The notes: generated by a model from the sequence alone, not told the origin. 64,000 nt of DNA from Patescibacteria group bacterium (GCA_017992195.1 JAGOPC010000003.1:5127-69126); one strand, 5' to 3'. Positions 30,238 to 41,966 are shown, numbered from the stretch's first letter. Numbers and translations are program-made.

Positions 30238-31400
30238 AAATTTTTCCCTGTCGACTTGATCTCTTCGCGATGCTCGTAGACCTTTTCGTAGCCCAGTTGA
30301 CCGCAGGCTCATTTGACGCCGCGACCGAGAGTGTCTCTGACGGTGACGGTGACGCCACCTGCTTCGAGGATGTCTTTAAATCTCATGATTTGATTGCGGC
30401 TTGGTTCTTCGAGGTCGATGGCAGGATTTTCGTTGTAGGGGATGAGGTTTATATGTGAATGGGCTGGTCTTGCCTTCAATAGATCTATTAATTCATATGC
30501 TAGTTCTGGCTTATCTGTCTTCCCTTTGATCATGATATACTCGTAGAAAACTGTCTTGCCGGTCTTGGTAGTATACTCATCTATCTGGGCCATAAGTTTG
30601 TCGAGCGTATACATTTTGGTGATGGTTGGAATGAGTTCAGCACGGAGCTCCTGGTTTGGTGCGTGAAGTGATAATGCGAGCATGACGTCGAGGTTGTCAT
30701 CAATCATCTTTTGGATTCATGGAATAATTCCACTTGTAGAGATAGTAACGTGGCGGCGTGAAAGTGAGAAGCCGTTTTGGTCGAGGAGGTAGTGGACGGT
30801 TTTTTTGACGTTATCGTAGTTGAGAAGTGGCTCACCCATACCCATGAAGACGATATTACGGATAGAGTATCGTGAGTTGTCTTCTTTTTTGCCGAGTTTT
30901 TTCTTGAGGTAGGCGTTTGCGTAGAGGACCTGGCCGACGATCGTTTGGACGTCGAGGTTTTTGAGAAGTCATAATTTGCCCGTAACGCAGAAGATACATC
31001 CGACGGAACACCCGACTTGTGACGAGATACATAAGGTGAGACGGTTCAATTTTTTGCCGTCAACGAGGGTAGTGAATCATTTCTTATATTCCTCAGAGTC
31101 TTCGATAATTTCGTGATAATGGAACATTATTACAGACTCAATAACGTTGCCATCCGGGAGTTCAAAAAGGAACTTTGTGGTGTCCTCAGACTCCTGCATC
31201 TCTTTGAGGGCGAATGGGATGATAGAAAAATTATCCTCAAGCGACTGCCTGAGGTCTTTGCTGAGCGCTGTCATCTCCTGAAAGTCGACCACTGCGTTTT
31301 TGAAGATCTCATGAAAGATCTGCTTAATACGGAATGGTTGGACCTTGTTGGCTGCTCTTCGCTCTTCGAGTTTCTCTGTATCAAAAATAGAGGCTTTCAT
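30219..31400 (-). CDS. rlmN: Dual-specificity RNA methyltransferase RlmN (radical SAM)
   Basis: Pieces 31077..31400 and 30309..30707 plus the segments between them share one frame via five TGA codons. Cluster motif [20 protein letters not shown], then GMGEPLLN, then ...LGRGVK-G-ACGQL. TAA at 30219. Confidence 0.88.
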
Positions 31401-31441
31401 TAGCCTCTACTATAGTGATTGAATCGTCTAAATCAAGCTTG

Positions 31442-32455
31442 TTACAGCTGTTTTTCTATCTCTGTATTGATCTCAGCGGCGAGCTTTGGGAGTTGTGCGA
31501 TGAAGTCTGCTTCGAGATTTGTCTTGCAGCCGGCTGCAAACATATGTCCGCCGCCGCCAAAATGTAGCGCCAGCTTTTGGACGTCGATTCTTTTGCCGTT
31601 TGACATGAAGCCTGATCTGAGAGAGATACCTATTTTGTCATCAGTTCATTTTCTGAGGATCGCTATCACGGGGATAGCTTTTAGGGGTCTCAGATATGAG
31701 AGGAGAATGATATCAGCCTCGTCTTTATCAAATCATAATTTCTCTATCTCTTCGACAGTATACCGAGCGTAGCATACATGCTTATCACGAGTTATCCTCG
31801 GTATCATCATCTTCGAAAGTTCTATCGACGATCGTTCGCTGTTGTTGAAAATGTTCTGTATGATCCATGGCTTATTTGCACCGAGTTTGATCATGCCCAT
31901 GGCATTGCTCATCGTTCTGATAGAGTCTTTTTCATACTGAAAGTTTCCTGTATCTGTCGTAAGACCGAGATACCAGTAGGTCGCTATTTCAGCATCGATC
32001 AGCTCTGGCCGGATCTCTTTCGAGATCTCATAAAGAAGTTCTGCACAACTTGCTGCGTCTGCGTCCTTGAGCATAAGAGTATTAACGGGTGTTTCATCAC
32101 CTAGATGATGATCGATCGTCAGCTTGTCCTTTGCATTGAAATACTCCTCATGTCATGATGTAATCTTTCCTATGCGATGATAGCCAGTGAAGTCGACAAA
32201 GATGATGAGATCCCAGCTGTCAGCATAGTCAAAATCAATTCTGATCTTTCCGATTTCCGGTAAAAACTGATACGATCTGCCTGGTGTAGACGTGGTAAAC
32301 AGTCCAACATTCTTCCCAAGTTTCTCGCATATTTTTCCCCATCAGAGCAGGCATCCTACCGCATCGCCGTCGACGCTTTCATGGCTGAAGATAGCAATGT
32401 TCTTTGCTCCATTCATCTTTTCTTTACATGCGTTGAGTAGTTCGTTTGAAAACAT
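31442..32455 (-). CDS. nrnA: DHH/DHHA1 phosphoesterase (NrnA-type oligoribonuclease/pAp phosphatase)
   Basis: ATG at 32455. SHESVDGDAVGC, TIDHHLG, GGGGHMFAAG. One frame through TGA at 32342-32344, 32153-32155, 31733 and 31646-31648. TAA at 31442. Confidence 0.8.
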
Positions 32456-32478
32456 GAGATGAATATTTTTTGATAAAA

Positions 32479-34956
32479 TTATTTTGTGATGAGTCCTTTT
32501 TCGATGAGGAATTTTGCCAAGTCTCCAAAGAGTCTTCCTGCTGTATACTCACCGTACTGGCTTGATCTTGGTCTGCGGACGTGGATAACGACGATGTATT
32601 TGAGATCGTCTCTGGTGACCATGCCGACGAATGAGCCGTCTGTCCAGCCTGGTCCGCTCATATATTTTCCTTTGAAGGCGATCTGCGATGTTCCTGTTTT
32701 TCCTCATAATGTATAACCTGGCACTCCGTATTTTTTTGTCAGCCCTCTGTACACAACCTGGAAGAGGAGATCTCTGATCTTGTCGCTTGTCTCGGGTTTG
32801 ATGATCTGGCTGCCGATCTTTGGCTGATTGATCACGAACTCTTTGGTCGCAGGGTCGTAAATTTTGTCGATGATGGTTGGTTTCACCATGTGACCGCCAT
32901 TGACCAGAGCGCTGTATCCGGCCGCGACCTGAACCGGTGTTGCAAGCATACCCTGACCGAACGCATTATTATAGAACTGTGCAACAGGGATATTGTTTGG
33001 TCATTCGATCCTTCCTTTTTCTTCGCCGGCAAGCTCGATGCCTGTTGGTTTTCCAAATCAAAATTTATCCATATAATTATAGAAGATTTCCTTTCCTATT
33101 TTTTTCGCGATACCAACCATACCTACGTTACATGAAAATATTACGGCATTTATCAGCGGGTGGGTGCCGCCGCAGTTTTTCTTGTCGGCGTTGTTGATAA
33201 GCTGAATAAGGCCATTTCCGATGTCTAGTTTGAGCTGGTTATTGTCTGTATAATAATCGTATAAACTGACTTCATCACTATCGAGTCCCATTGCCATGGT
33301 GAATGGTTTGATGATCGATCCCGGTTCGTATGACTGCGCGATATTCTTATCGATAAATACCTGTGCCCCCATTTTATTGACAGCAATATACTTTTCGAGT
33401 GATGCGTCTTTCCTCTGTTCGTAGGTCGTGGGAACGATCTTTTCACCGGAAAGATAAAAGACAGGCACGTCTCTATAGGTGTCGTTGTCGACGATGATAC
33501 TTTCCGTAAGACTTAAGGGTTTGAGCTGATATGCGGTCTGGTAGTTGTTCGGGTCGAATGACGGGTAGTTTGCTGAGGCGATGATCTTACCATTGTAGGG
33601 ATCCATAATCACTGCTGAGATGCCGTCTGCGTCGAACTCCTTCGTGTAGTACTCTTCGAGCTGTTCAAGCTTCTTTTGGATCATGGGGTCGATCGTCAGA
33701 TAGATGTCGCGACCATCCGTTGGCTGTGTTATAGCTATGTCATTCGATGCGATCTGACCGAGCAGAGGAGTCGAAAGCCCTCTGATCTCACCAGCTTTTC
33801 ATTTAAGAACCTGATCAAAGTACTGTTCAACGCCGTAGAGGGCGTAACCGTCTTTCGTATAAAAACCTAAGAGATTCGCTGCGAAATTTCAGTAGGGGTA
33901 ATATCTGGTCTCATTTTTTTCCAGACCTACGCCATGGAGTAGCGGAATACCTGCCACGCATCCATTTCCCTGTTTGTCACAGGTGCTCTTAATAGTATAG
34001 TTTGTATTGATCAGGTCGTTCACCTCTTTTGCCAGCGTCGCATTGAGTCCATCTCCCAGTTTTACGTATCTGTTCTCCTGTTGGGTGAACAGGTTGCTGA
34101 TCTGCTGCTCGGAGTATGCATATCCATATTTCATCAATATGTCTGAGATCTGCTGTCTCGCTGCGACGATATTTCAGACCCTCGCAGGGATAACATAGAC
34201 GTAATGCTTGTTTTCTATCGTCACATAAGGCAGATCAAGTCACGAGAATTCGCTGAGAAATGCATCGTTCTCAAAGTATCCTATATAATTCTTTTCTTTG
34301 ATTCCGATCGAGATCTTATTGTCTAATGTGCTTTTGATCAGGTTCATCGCTTGCTCACCTGAGAAGGCCTGCATGATCTTGATCCTTTCCTGATCAATCT
34401 CGCTGTTCTGGACAATGATCTGCTGTTGCATCAGATTGATGCCAGTAGTCGATCCGTAGTTATCGCCGAGAGTTTCTCTGGTATAGAAGACCATCTTGGG
34501 TTTCGGTAATATCTGCATTTGTGCAAAACGTTCTATATTTTCAACACAGCCGAGTTTATCAACATGATTCAGGCCGTTTGTTTCACAAAGGTGTTTATAG
34601 AGGATAGGGGCGAGGATGTCGATCACTCTGGGTTTATCTCGGACAAATTTCGGATCGACGAAGAGGTTGTAGACCTCGACATTTTGCGTCAGTGCGATCG
34701 GTTTGTTGCTCTGGTCGGTCACATACACGTTTCCTCTTTTTGCTTTGATGTTCACCGCATTGAAATGCTGGGCGGTTAGTACGTCACTATATGTTCTGGC
34801 TTGCAGAACCTGTAAGTAGAAAAGTCTGACCACCACGATCACGAATAACGCAGAAAGAACCCAAAGGAGCTGTGCTTCTCTGGTTACTTTTCTTTTGCCG
34901 AGGCCAAACTTTTCGCGTATTTTCTGAGTGAGTGCGTGTCTTTTCTTGAGGATCAT
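32479..34956 (-). CDS. Class B penicillin-binding protein (PBP2/FtsI-type transpeptidase)
   Basis: Five ORF pieces (34240..35037, 33889..34137, 33058..33684, 32704..32949, 32479..32661) share one frame. N-terminal TM anchor. SxxK = SIIK, SxN = SCN, KTG = -G-KTGTS. Start chosen at MILKKRH (34956). Confidence 0.85.
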
Positions 34957-35051
34957 ATTTACTAGAGGGGTTGCAAAGACGAAATGAGGAAAACCTATAA
35001 TTCTCTTTATATGAAAACCTCCATCCAGTGCAACCAAACATTGCTCACTTA

Positions 35052-35086
35052 TAAAAAAATCCCCTCCCGATTTTAGCGAGAAAGGA
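35052..35086 (-). terminator. Possible terminator (G.U-rich stem) after the pilin-like gene
   Basis: A7 on the plus strand. On the minus transcript the stem CCUUUCUCG/CGGGAGGGG is followed by a U-run. Confidence 0.4.
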
Positions 35087-35133
35087 TTTTATATTGAGAG
35101 TGTCGACTCGTAAGGATATTCATACGAATATAA

Positions 35134-35532
35134 TTACGGAGCGATAGACTGGATAACGAAGAAGATAAGACTTACGAACAACCACGCAAGACCGATGAAC
35201 AATAGTCCAACTCCTGCCTGCTTGAGGATCTTGAAACCTGCTTTGTATTTTCCATCGTCACCTGCGGCAGTAACCATCTGGAAACCTCCCCAGAGAAGAA
35301 CGATAAGAGCGATAAGACCAAGTAATCCGAGAAGCCAGTTGATACCATTCTTTATAGTAAGGATCAAACTATCTCCTTGAAGACCTGCCTGTGCACCTGG
35401 AACGTCAGGGTTGTATGTCGAATTTTGTGAACCAAATCCACCCGGAGTAGTACTTACGGCAAATGCACTTCCTACCATTAGCAACATTCCTCCGACACCT
35501 GCAACGATAGCATAACCTGCTTTTTTCAGCAT
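35134..35532 (-). CDS. TrbC/VirB2-like type IV secretion pilin-family protein
   Basis: Signal peptide, then INWLLGLLGLIALIVLLWGGFQMVTAAGDDGKYKAGFKILKQAGVGLLFIGLAW. This is the two-helix pattern of the T4SS-pilin family that is common in Patescibacteria. Confidence 0.5.
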   Translation of the reverse strand: MLKKAGYAIVAGVGGMLLMVGSAFAVSTTPGGFGSQNSTYNPDVPGAQAGLQGDSLILTIKNGINWLLGLLGLIALIVLLWGGFQMVTAAGDDGKYKAGFKILKQAGVGLLFIGLAWLFVSLIFFVIQSIAP

Positions 35533-35652
35533 AGTAATCTCATGATTTAAAATATAAATTTAACGATATAGTTAGAGAAAATAGCGCTGAATGCAAGGGG
35601 AAAATGAAATGAACTCTCTGATATCACTTTACTTTTTTGTAAAACATTACAG

Positions 35653-35680
35653 TTGCAACGTAAAGCATAATGCATATACA
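35653..35680 (+). promoter_or_regulatory. Predicted promoter TTGCAA-N16-TATACA, 7 nt before the ATG (leaderless candidate)
   Basis: -35 at 35653-35658, -10 at 35675-35680, ATG at 35688. Confidence 0.4.
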
Positions 35681-35687
35681 CGATAGT

Positions 35688-36089
35688 ATGAAAGAAAAAT
35701 TCCGTTTACGATGTGATCTCAATGCCATAACTGATATCGCTGATATGGACCAGGTTGCAGAGCTCATAGAAAAATTTCCACGCATAGCGCCTCATCATAG
35801 GTATAGCTATCTTTTTTCATGATATCATGATCTTACTCACGGAAAGCTAGACGAGGAAGTATTCTTTACTCTCGGTGACATCTCGTCGACCACACAACTA
35901 TTTTCTTCGCATACCAACAAGGCATGACTCGAAACGCTCTTCGCGATAGAGGATTCGATAACAGACAACACATTATACTTAGTCGAACAGAGCGCTCGGG
36001 CATACTATCTTGGAAAGGTCTGACATGACAGAAGCGGAGCATTCCGTAACGACGTTACTAACCATTGATCACATCTACTCGTTATATAA
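35688..36089 (+). CDS. Hypothetical protein (133 aa)
   Basis: The frame is open only if four TGA codons are read as sense. TAA at 36087-36089. No family recognised. Confidence 0.35.
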
Positions 36090-36135
36090 TTTTTACTACT
36101 ATTTTTTCGTTTTTAATTTGTAATCTTTGATTGTA

Positions 36136-37764
36136 ATGTATCGTCCGTGATGATTTCCGGAGTTTAATCCGAAACAACAAAAAGTATTTGATGGAATATT
36201 AGCAGTTATTACAAAAGTTTTTGAACAACAGAACTTTTCACATATCTGGACGCCAGCCGTGGAACCGGTAGAGATCTTGAAGAAAGGAGGAGATATCAAC
36301 GATAAACAAGTATTTGGTCTGTATGGTCTTGCTCAGTGAGTTGAAGATGTAAAGGACTACGCACTACATTTCGATCTCACCATTCCTCTCGCAAGATATA
36401 TTCTCGATCACAGGAACGATCTGACCTTCCCATTTAAGCGCTATCAGATGCAGCCGGTATGGCGTGGCGAAAGAACAAAGCGTGGAAGATTTAAAGAGTT
36501 CCGGCAGTTCGACGCCGATGTAACCCGGCCGTCCGACTCAAACGTAGGAGTTCGGTACGATGTCGAAACAGTAGCAGTGATGTCAAAGGTGATGGCTGCG
36601 GTCTGTCGTGAGTTCAACGTTACTATTAACACCGTATTGAAGATCTCGCATATTGGTTTGACGAAATCTTTTCTTGCAAGTTTCAAACTTGATGAGGAAA
36701 CAATAAACCAAGTATTAAATCTGCTTGATAATTACTATAAGGCAGACCATGCAACATTCGTTGAAAAGCTTTCAGCCGTTGTCCCAAATAATGTGTGCGA
36801 TGCAATCTACAAACTTATTGAGACCAAGGATATTGATCTTATGAAGGGCTATGAGCGTTATGAAGATATGAACGCTATATTAAATGGTTTGAAAGGCCTC
36901 AACGTGCCATACGAGTACGATATCTGTATCGTCAGAGGACATAACTACTATAGAGGAATGGTCTGCGAGTGGTTCGAAAAAGAGGACGTCTCATTCGGGT
37001 CACTTGCTGCAGGAGGAAGATATGACAATATCACTGACTTCATAGACAAGAAACAATCATTCAGCGGAGTAGGAACGAGCCTCGGAAGATTTATGTACCT
37101 CGCGATCGAAAAGATCGGAGAACTTCTGCCTCAAGAGTCATATATGTTCGTCAACTTTGAAGACACACTGCCTGATGTGTTGGCTCTTTATAATAGATTT
37201 CTCTCTGCAGGAAAGATCGTCGATCTCTACCCAACCGCCGCAAAGATCGGAAAGCAGTTTGAGTATGCCGATAAGAAGGGGGTGACTCATGTAGTTGTAT
37301 TATGAGCGGGAGAGAAAGAGAAATGAGAGTTTAAGATGAAGAATTTAAAGACATGAGATGAAAGAGTTTATACAATAGTTGATTGTTATGGAGCTATTGT
37401 ATTTCATGATCATAAAGTGCTCTTAGTCCAAAATCATCCTGGAGGCTGGGGATTTCCAAAGTGAAAGTGAGAGAAAGGAGAAAGCATTGATGATGCGCTT
37501 CATAGGGAACTCGAAGAGGAGACTGGTATCAAGAAAGTAAAAGCGCTTTCGGATATGACCTACCAGACAAGTTACTTCTATGATAATGGAGAACCAATAT
37601 TCAAAACTATTCAATATAAAGTATTTAACATAGAGAGTGACAAAGTGAAACTACAAACGGAGGAGCTTGCTAAATACGCGTGGGCAACACAAGAGGAGGC
37701 ACTGAGGCTGCTACCTCGTGATATGCATCACCTCATAGCTTCAGTCAAAGAATATTTCAAATAA
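36136..37764 (+). CDS. hisS: Histidyl-tRNA synthetase fused to a C-terminal Nudix hydrolase domain
   Basis: ATG at 36136. MYRP-GG-FPEF..., motif 2 region YQMQPVWRGERTKRGRFKEF(CGG)QFDAD, anticodon-binding end VVL-G-AGEKEK-G-EFKMKNLKT-G-DE. The same frame then continues into GGWGFPK-G-K-G-EKGESIDDALHRELEEETGI, a perfect Nudix box. There is no TAA/TAG before 37762-37764. Confidence 0.85.
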
Positions 37765-37800
37765 AAAAAAGGCCCCGGAGATTCCGGGGCTTCTTGTTTG
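37763..37800. terminator. Bidirectional terminator
   Basis: A8, stem GCCCCGG/CCGGGGC, then a T-rich stretch. It serves hisS and the convergent lipoprotein gene. Confidence 0.7.
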
Positions 37801-37815
37801 ATGTTAGTTGAGTAG

Positions 37816-38307
37816 TTAGCGTTTTAGTATGGCGGTAAGTGTTACCGCTTTTTTACCGCTGCCGCTTAGCGGTACAACAGTGGCGGTGAGCCATGCGGGA
37901 TGCGTATCGTTGAAGCGATAATCGTTGGTTAATAGGAGATAGGTGTATGAATTCCCGGTTTGAGTTTCGGAGTGCTTTGTCGTTAATAACGTAGAATGGT
38001 TTGCACCATCATATAAAGCTATCTCTATCGCTACCTCTTTATATCCGGTCGGCAATGTCCCCCAATTGAGGACAATAGTAGTGCTGCCTGCGATACCTGT
38101 GTAATTTGTCGCATCTATCCAGGTCTTCCCATTAATGCTTCCGGTTAGATTCAGAAACGAACTTGTTCCTGTCGTATTGCCAGTAGTGTCGTTGGGATCG
38201 GTCCCTGGTGGATTGGTGATAACTGTGGTTGTCTGGGTCTGCTTTATGCAGCCGCTGTAGGTGGCAAGTGTGCCAGCGATTAATAATGCTGAGATTAGTT
38301 TTTTCAT
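37816..38307 (-). CDS. Hypothetical Thr/Asn-rich lipoprotein
   Basis: MKKLISALLIAGTLATYSGC lipobox. 163 aa. Confidence 0.55.
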   Translation of the reverse strand: MKKLISALLIAGTLATYSGCIKQTQTTTVITNPPGTDPNDTTGNTTGTSSFLNLTGSINGKTWIDATNYTGIAGSTTIVLNWGTLPTGYKEVAIEIALYDGANHSTLLTTKHSETQTGNSYTYLLLTNDYRFNDTHPAWLTATVVPLSGSGKKAVTLTAILKR

Positions 38308-38332
38308 AATTCTTCGTTTTAGCTTTTGTTTT

Positions 38333-38707
38333 TTAATTTAGATTCAAGATTTTAGATATTTCGAATTGCATTGAGGTGAAAATGCTTTGACATACTACTG
38401 CTTGTGTATATCTCACTGTTGTCGATTTAAGATGTGGTTCAAGCATACCGTCTACGTTTACAACAATAAATTTATCATGAGGGATGTGTGTAAGATGCTC
38501 CTCAATGTTAGGAGATAGCATGTCGCGATCCGCAATGTATAAATCGTATTGTGTCGTACCATAGGCTGAAGCGAACTCTTCTTTGGTCCTACAGAGAGTA
38601 CATATATGAGTGGGCAGATCTAGTTTTCTTAACCACTCCTGTACTTTTGATGCGTTGTCGGTCATCTCGTCTTTGAGAAATCCGAGTAATATATTTTTTT
38701 GTGTCAT
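38333..38707 (-). CDS. Hypothetical protein, possibly a CheY-like receiver fold
   Basis: 124 aa. ILLGFLKDE...YDLYIADRDM...KFIVVN loosely resembles a receiver domain. Confidence 0.35.
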   Translation of the reverse strand: MTQKNILLGFLKDEMTDNASKVQEWLRKLDLPTHICTLCRTKEEFASAYGTTQYDLYIADRDMLSPNIEEHLTHIPHDKFIVVNVDGMLEPHLKSTTVRYTQAVVCQSIFTSMQFEISKILNLN

Positions 38708-38825
38708 AAGTTTTATTTTTGTGCCACAACTATAGGTATTTCTTCGCCCTAAGTCAACCTTTTCATCCTCGACTCTTTTGGGGAAAACTGTAGGGAATGT
38801 GTTGAGAAAGTGTTGGAAGAACGGC

Positions 38826-38853
38826 TTGCAAAAGCGCTGTCTCTTTCTATTAT
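38826..38853 (+). promoter_or_regulatory. Predicted promoter TTGCAA-N16-TATTAT upstream of dnaB
   Basis: -35 at 38826-38831, -10 at 38848-38853, ATG at 38890. Confidence 0.5.
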
Positions 38854-38889
38854 GATAGTTCGATTTATTCCGTGAAAAGATCAGTAGAT

Positions 38890-40236
38890 ATGGTTTCTCT
38901 CGATGATATTAAGTTGCCGCCGCACAATATAGACGCGGAAAAGTGATTCCTGTGTTGTATTCTCCTCGATAATGAGGTGATGTTTATTTGAGATGGATTA
39001 TTTTTGTCGCCGGAGGATTACTATCAGAAGGAGCATCAGATGATCTTTGATGCGATGAAGGAGCTATGGATCAACCGTAAGACGATCGACGTGGTGACTT
39101 TGGCGGATATGCTGGTGAAGAAGCAGACGTTTGATCTGATCGGAGGAAATGATTACTTATACGAGCTTTCGACTGCTGTGTTGACGACGTCGGTGGCTGG
39201 TGAGTATGCGAAGCTGGTGAAGGAGAAGTCTATTTTGAGGAGTATCCTGAAGGCGTCGCAGGCGATTATTGGTGATGTCTATGAGCAGAGAGATACGGTC
39301 GAGATTGTGGATACTATCCAGAAGCGTATTTTCGACCTGACACAGTACGATATGTCAGACTCGACCAAGCATATTAAGGAGATCCTGGAGCAGCGTGTGG
39401 AGGAGCATATGGAGTTGGTGGACAATCCGGAAAAGATCAATGAGCATAAGATTATGTCTGGATATGCGAAATTGGACGATCTGACAGGTGGATTTAAGCC
39501 GGGTGAGCTTATTGTGCTCGGAGCCCGTCCTTCGATGGGTAAGACGGCTTTTGCGCTGAATTTGCTGCTCAATGCGGCTTTGAAGCATGGTAAGTCGGTG
39601 GCATTCTTTTCGCTGGAAATGGGTGGCGAGCAGATCGTGGACAGACTTTTGTCTGCCGTTTCGGAGATCCATATGAGCAGGATGCAGAGAGGACAGCTCA
39701 ATGAGTCCGACTTTGCCGAGCTCGGAGAGGCTATGGAAAAGCTAGGTGATACCAGTATTTACATCGATGATCAGGGTGGTGCGACTATTCCAACCCTCAA
39801 GTCAAAGCTCAGAAAAGTGAAAATAGAGCGCGGAAGTCTCGATATGGTCATTATTGACTACCTACAGCTGATGAGCGGGGCAGGAAGTAAGTTCGCCGGG
39901 AACAGAGTGCAAGAGATTTCGGAGATCTCTCGTGGGCTAAAAGAGCTTGCAAGGGAGCTAAAAATACCTATTATTGCACTCTCGCAACTTGCGCGTAATG
40001 TAGAAGCTCGTGTCGACAAAAAGCCCCAACTTGCTGACCTCAGAGAGTCGGGAGCGATCGAGCAGGACGCAGACAGTGTGATCATGCTTTACAGAGATGA
40101 GTATTACGACCCGGATACTGATAGAAAAGGTACTGCGGACGTGCTTGTCAGGAAGAACAGAAATGGCCAGGTTGGCGATGTAGAGCTGGTTTTCAAAGGA
40201 GAAATACAAAAATTTTACGATATTGCCAAATCTTAA
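38890..40236 (+). CDS. dnaB: Replicative DNA helicase DnaB
   Basis: MVSLDDIKLPPHNIDAEK-G-FLCCILLDNEVMFI-G-DG... (TGA at 38944 and 38989). Walker A GARPSMGKTAF, then DYLQLM and ESGAIEQDAD. Confidence 0.92.
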
Positions 40237-41048
40237 TGAGGAGGTGAAATGTAACAATAGTCGTTTTGCTTCTTATGGTAGCTTCGGGGCTCTTAGCCTT
40301 GTTGACCTTACAGTTTGTGAAGCACTTTCTTACTAGCAGTAGTGTGCTAGATAACTACTATAAGGCCTACTATATGGCTCGCGGAGGGATGGAAGCTCTG
40401 TTGACCGAGGCAAATGCCCGTGGCTATGGGTTTGAACACGACCTGGCGGTCACCCCGTCAGTTGGTGGTAACTATTACAATGATTGCCAGGGCAAGGCCC
40501 TGTGCAAGCTCCAGGGACGTATCCACTCTCATGGGGTGGCTATCTATAATAGCCCGGACAGTCTGACAAACCCGTCATGCTGATCAGGCGCTATGATCAC
40601 TCTTGCTCCCGGAGCGAGCAGTGCATATCCGCTATTCTACGACAAATGAGTGGGTGCTAACCTTTCGTTTGCACCCGTGCAAACTGCTGATTATATGAAA
40701 CTCGGCGACTTTGGATTCGATGTGACCCTGAAAGGGGGAAACCTCGAATCCTATCTGTATGATGCCGGCGGCGGCTCATTCGGACGTATCACCGCGACGA
40801 ACACCCTGACACCACCCAGTGTCTCAAATCTCTTCAGTACGCAGCCTCTGGTTTATACCCACCGGCTCATACTGAGTAATCCAACCAGTTCTACCACTGC
40901 TGTATCATATTGCCTCAAAAGCGATGAGACGGCACAGTTACTTGTGGGTAACTACACGTTAATAAGCTCGCAAGCAACCTACAACGATAAAACCGTGGGT
41001 GTGACAGCAATAAAGAAATTTGTCTTCCCTAGTGCGTTTATCCAGTAG
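40236..41048 (+). CDS. PilX/ComGG-like pilus minor-pilin-type protein (tentative)
   Basis: The ATG overlaps the dnaB stop (TAATG). MRR-G-NVTIVVLLLMVASGLLALLTLQFVKHFLTSSSVLDNYYKAYYMARGGMEALL resembles a PilX N-terminal domain. ORFs 40266..40583 and 40650..41048 are joined through TGA at 40581 and 40647. Confidence 0.45.
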
Positions 41049-41071
41049 CATTTTATTACTGTTACGGTTAC

Positions 41072-41923
41072 ATGTATAACTCCCGGAAAATTGTCTTAAC
41101 AACATGATTACTATTTACTGCTTTTTGCTCGTATGCTATCGGCTACGACATGACATCACACGATACCAATCTCGTCTGGCAGCTTAACGGTCAGGTAGAT
41201 AAAGCTATCGCTGATACCAACAGATCTCCTGAATTCTTGGAGAAAGCAGCAACAAGATTTAGTACCCTGGTGGATAGCCTTCAATCCGATCCTAGAAAAC
41301 AGGCAATTATGAAGAATGTCTTTGAACACGCACACAATCAACTCGCATTGCTTACAGATACAGCAACTCGCAGCTTCAAGCAGCAGTTTGTCTCTACCTA
41401 TATTAATGATCTGCAAGGTGATTCATTTGAGCTGAGATTACAACGGTGTGTCCAGAAATTTGACATGGTCAATACCATTGCAAAGAAACATAATGTTCCA
41501 ACAGCCCTTATCCTTGCTACATGGTTTATGGAGTCGAGCTGTAGGATGGCTAATCCGGACAACGGAGATGGACTCTTCCAGATCGTTTCAAGCCACTATG
41601 AGCCGGGACCGATCAACGATGCTCAGCTTGAGCAAGAAATCATTGATTTCATCATGTTCTCTCGCAAAAAATGGGACCGATATCATAAAAGTAACCCAGA
41701 CCGCAGAATAACTCTTACATATAAAAAATGGGATCTTGAAAGTCTCGAATCCCAGGGTGCGCTCTATAACAGCGTCGGCAGTACTATCAACGCATGGCCT
41801 CTAAGAGCAACCAACGAATATTACAACCGGTGAAACTTCAATCCTGAACGAAAATCAAGTGTCAAAGACGGGTTGATCACTGCGTTTGTTAGACTTGCCA
41901 ACCGAGAACTACAAAATAGATAA
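41072..41923 (+). CDS. Membrane-anchored lytic transglycosylase (SLT domain)
   Basis: The extension upstream of ORF 41150 gives a signal/anchor KIVLTT-G-LLFTAFCSYAIG. Catalytic region ATWFMESSC...GDGLFQI. Reads through TGA 41831-41833 to TAA 41921-41923. Confidence 0.6.
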
Positions 41924-41935
41924 CATATGCACGAT

Positions 41936-41966
41936 AAGAAAAACTCCCACGTAGGGAGTTTTTTTG
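41936..41966. terminator. Bidirectional terminator (SLT gene / murD)
   Basis: Stem ACTCCC/GGGAGT with loop ACGTA, T7 downstream and an A-rich stretch upstream. Confidence 0.65.
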
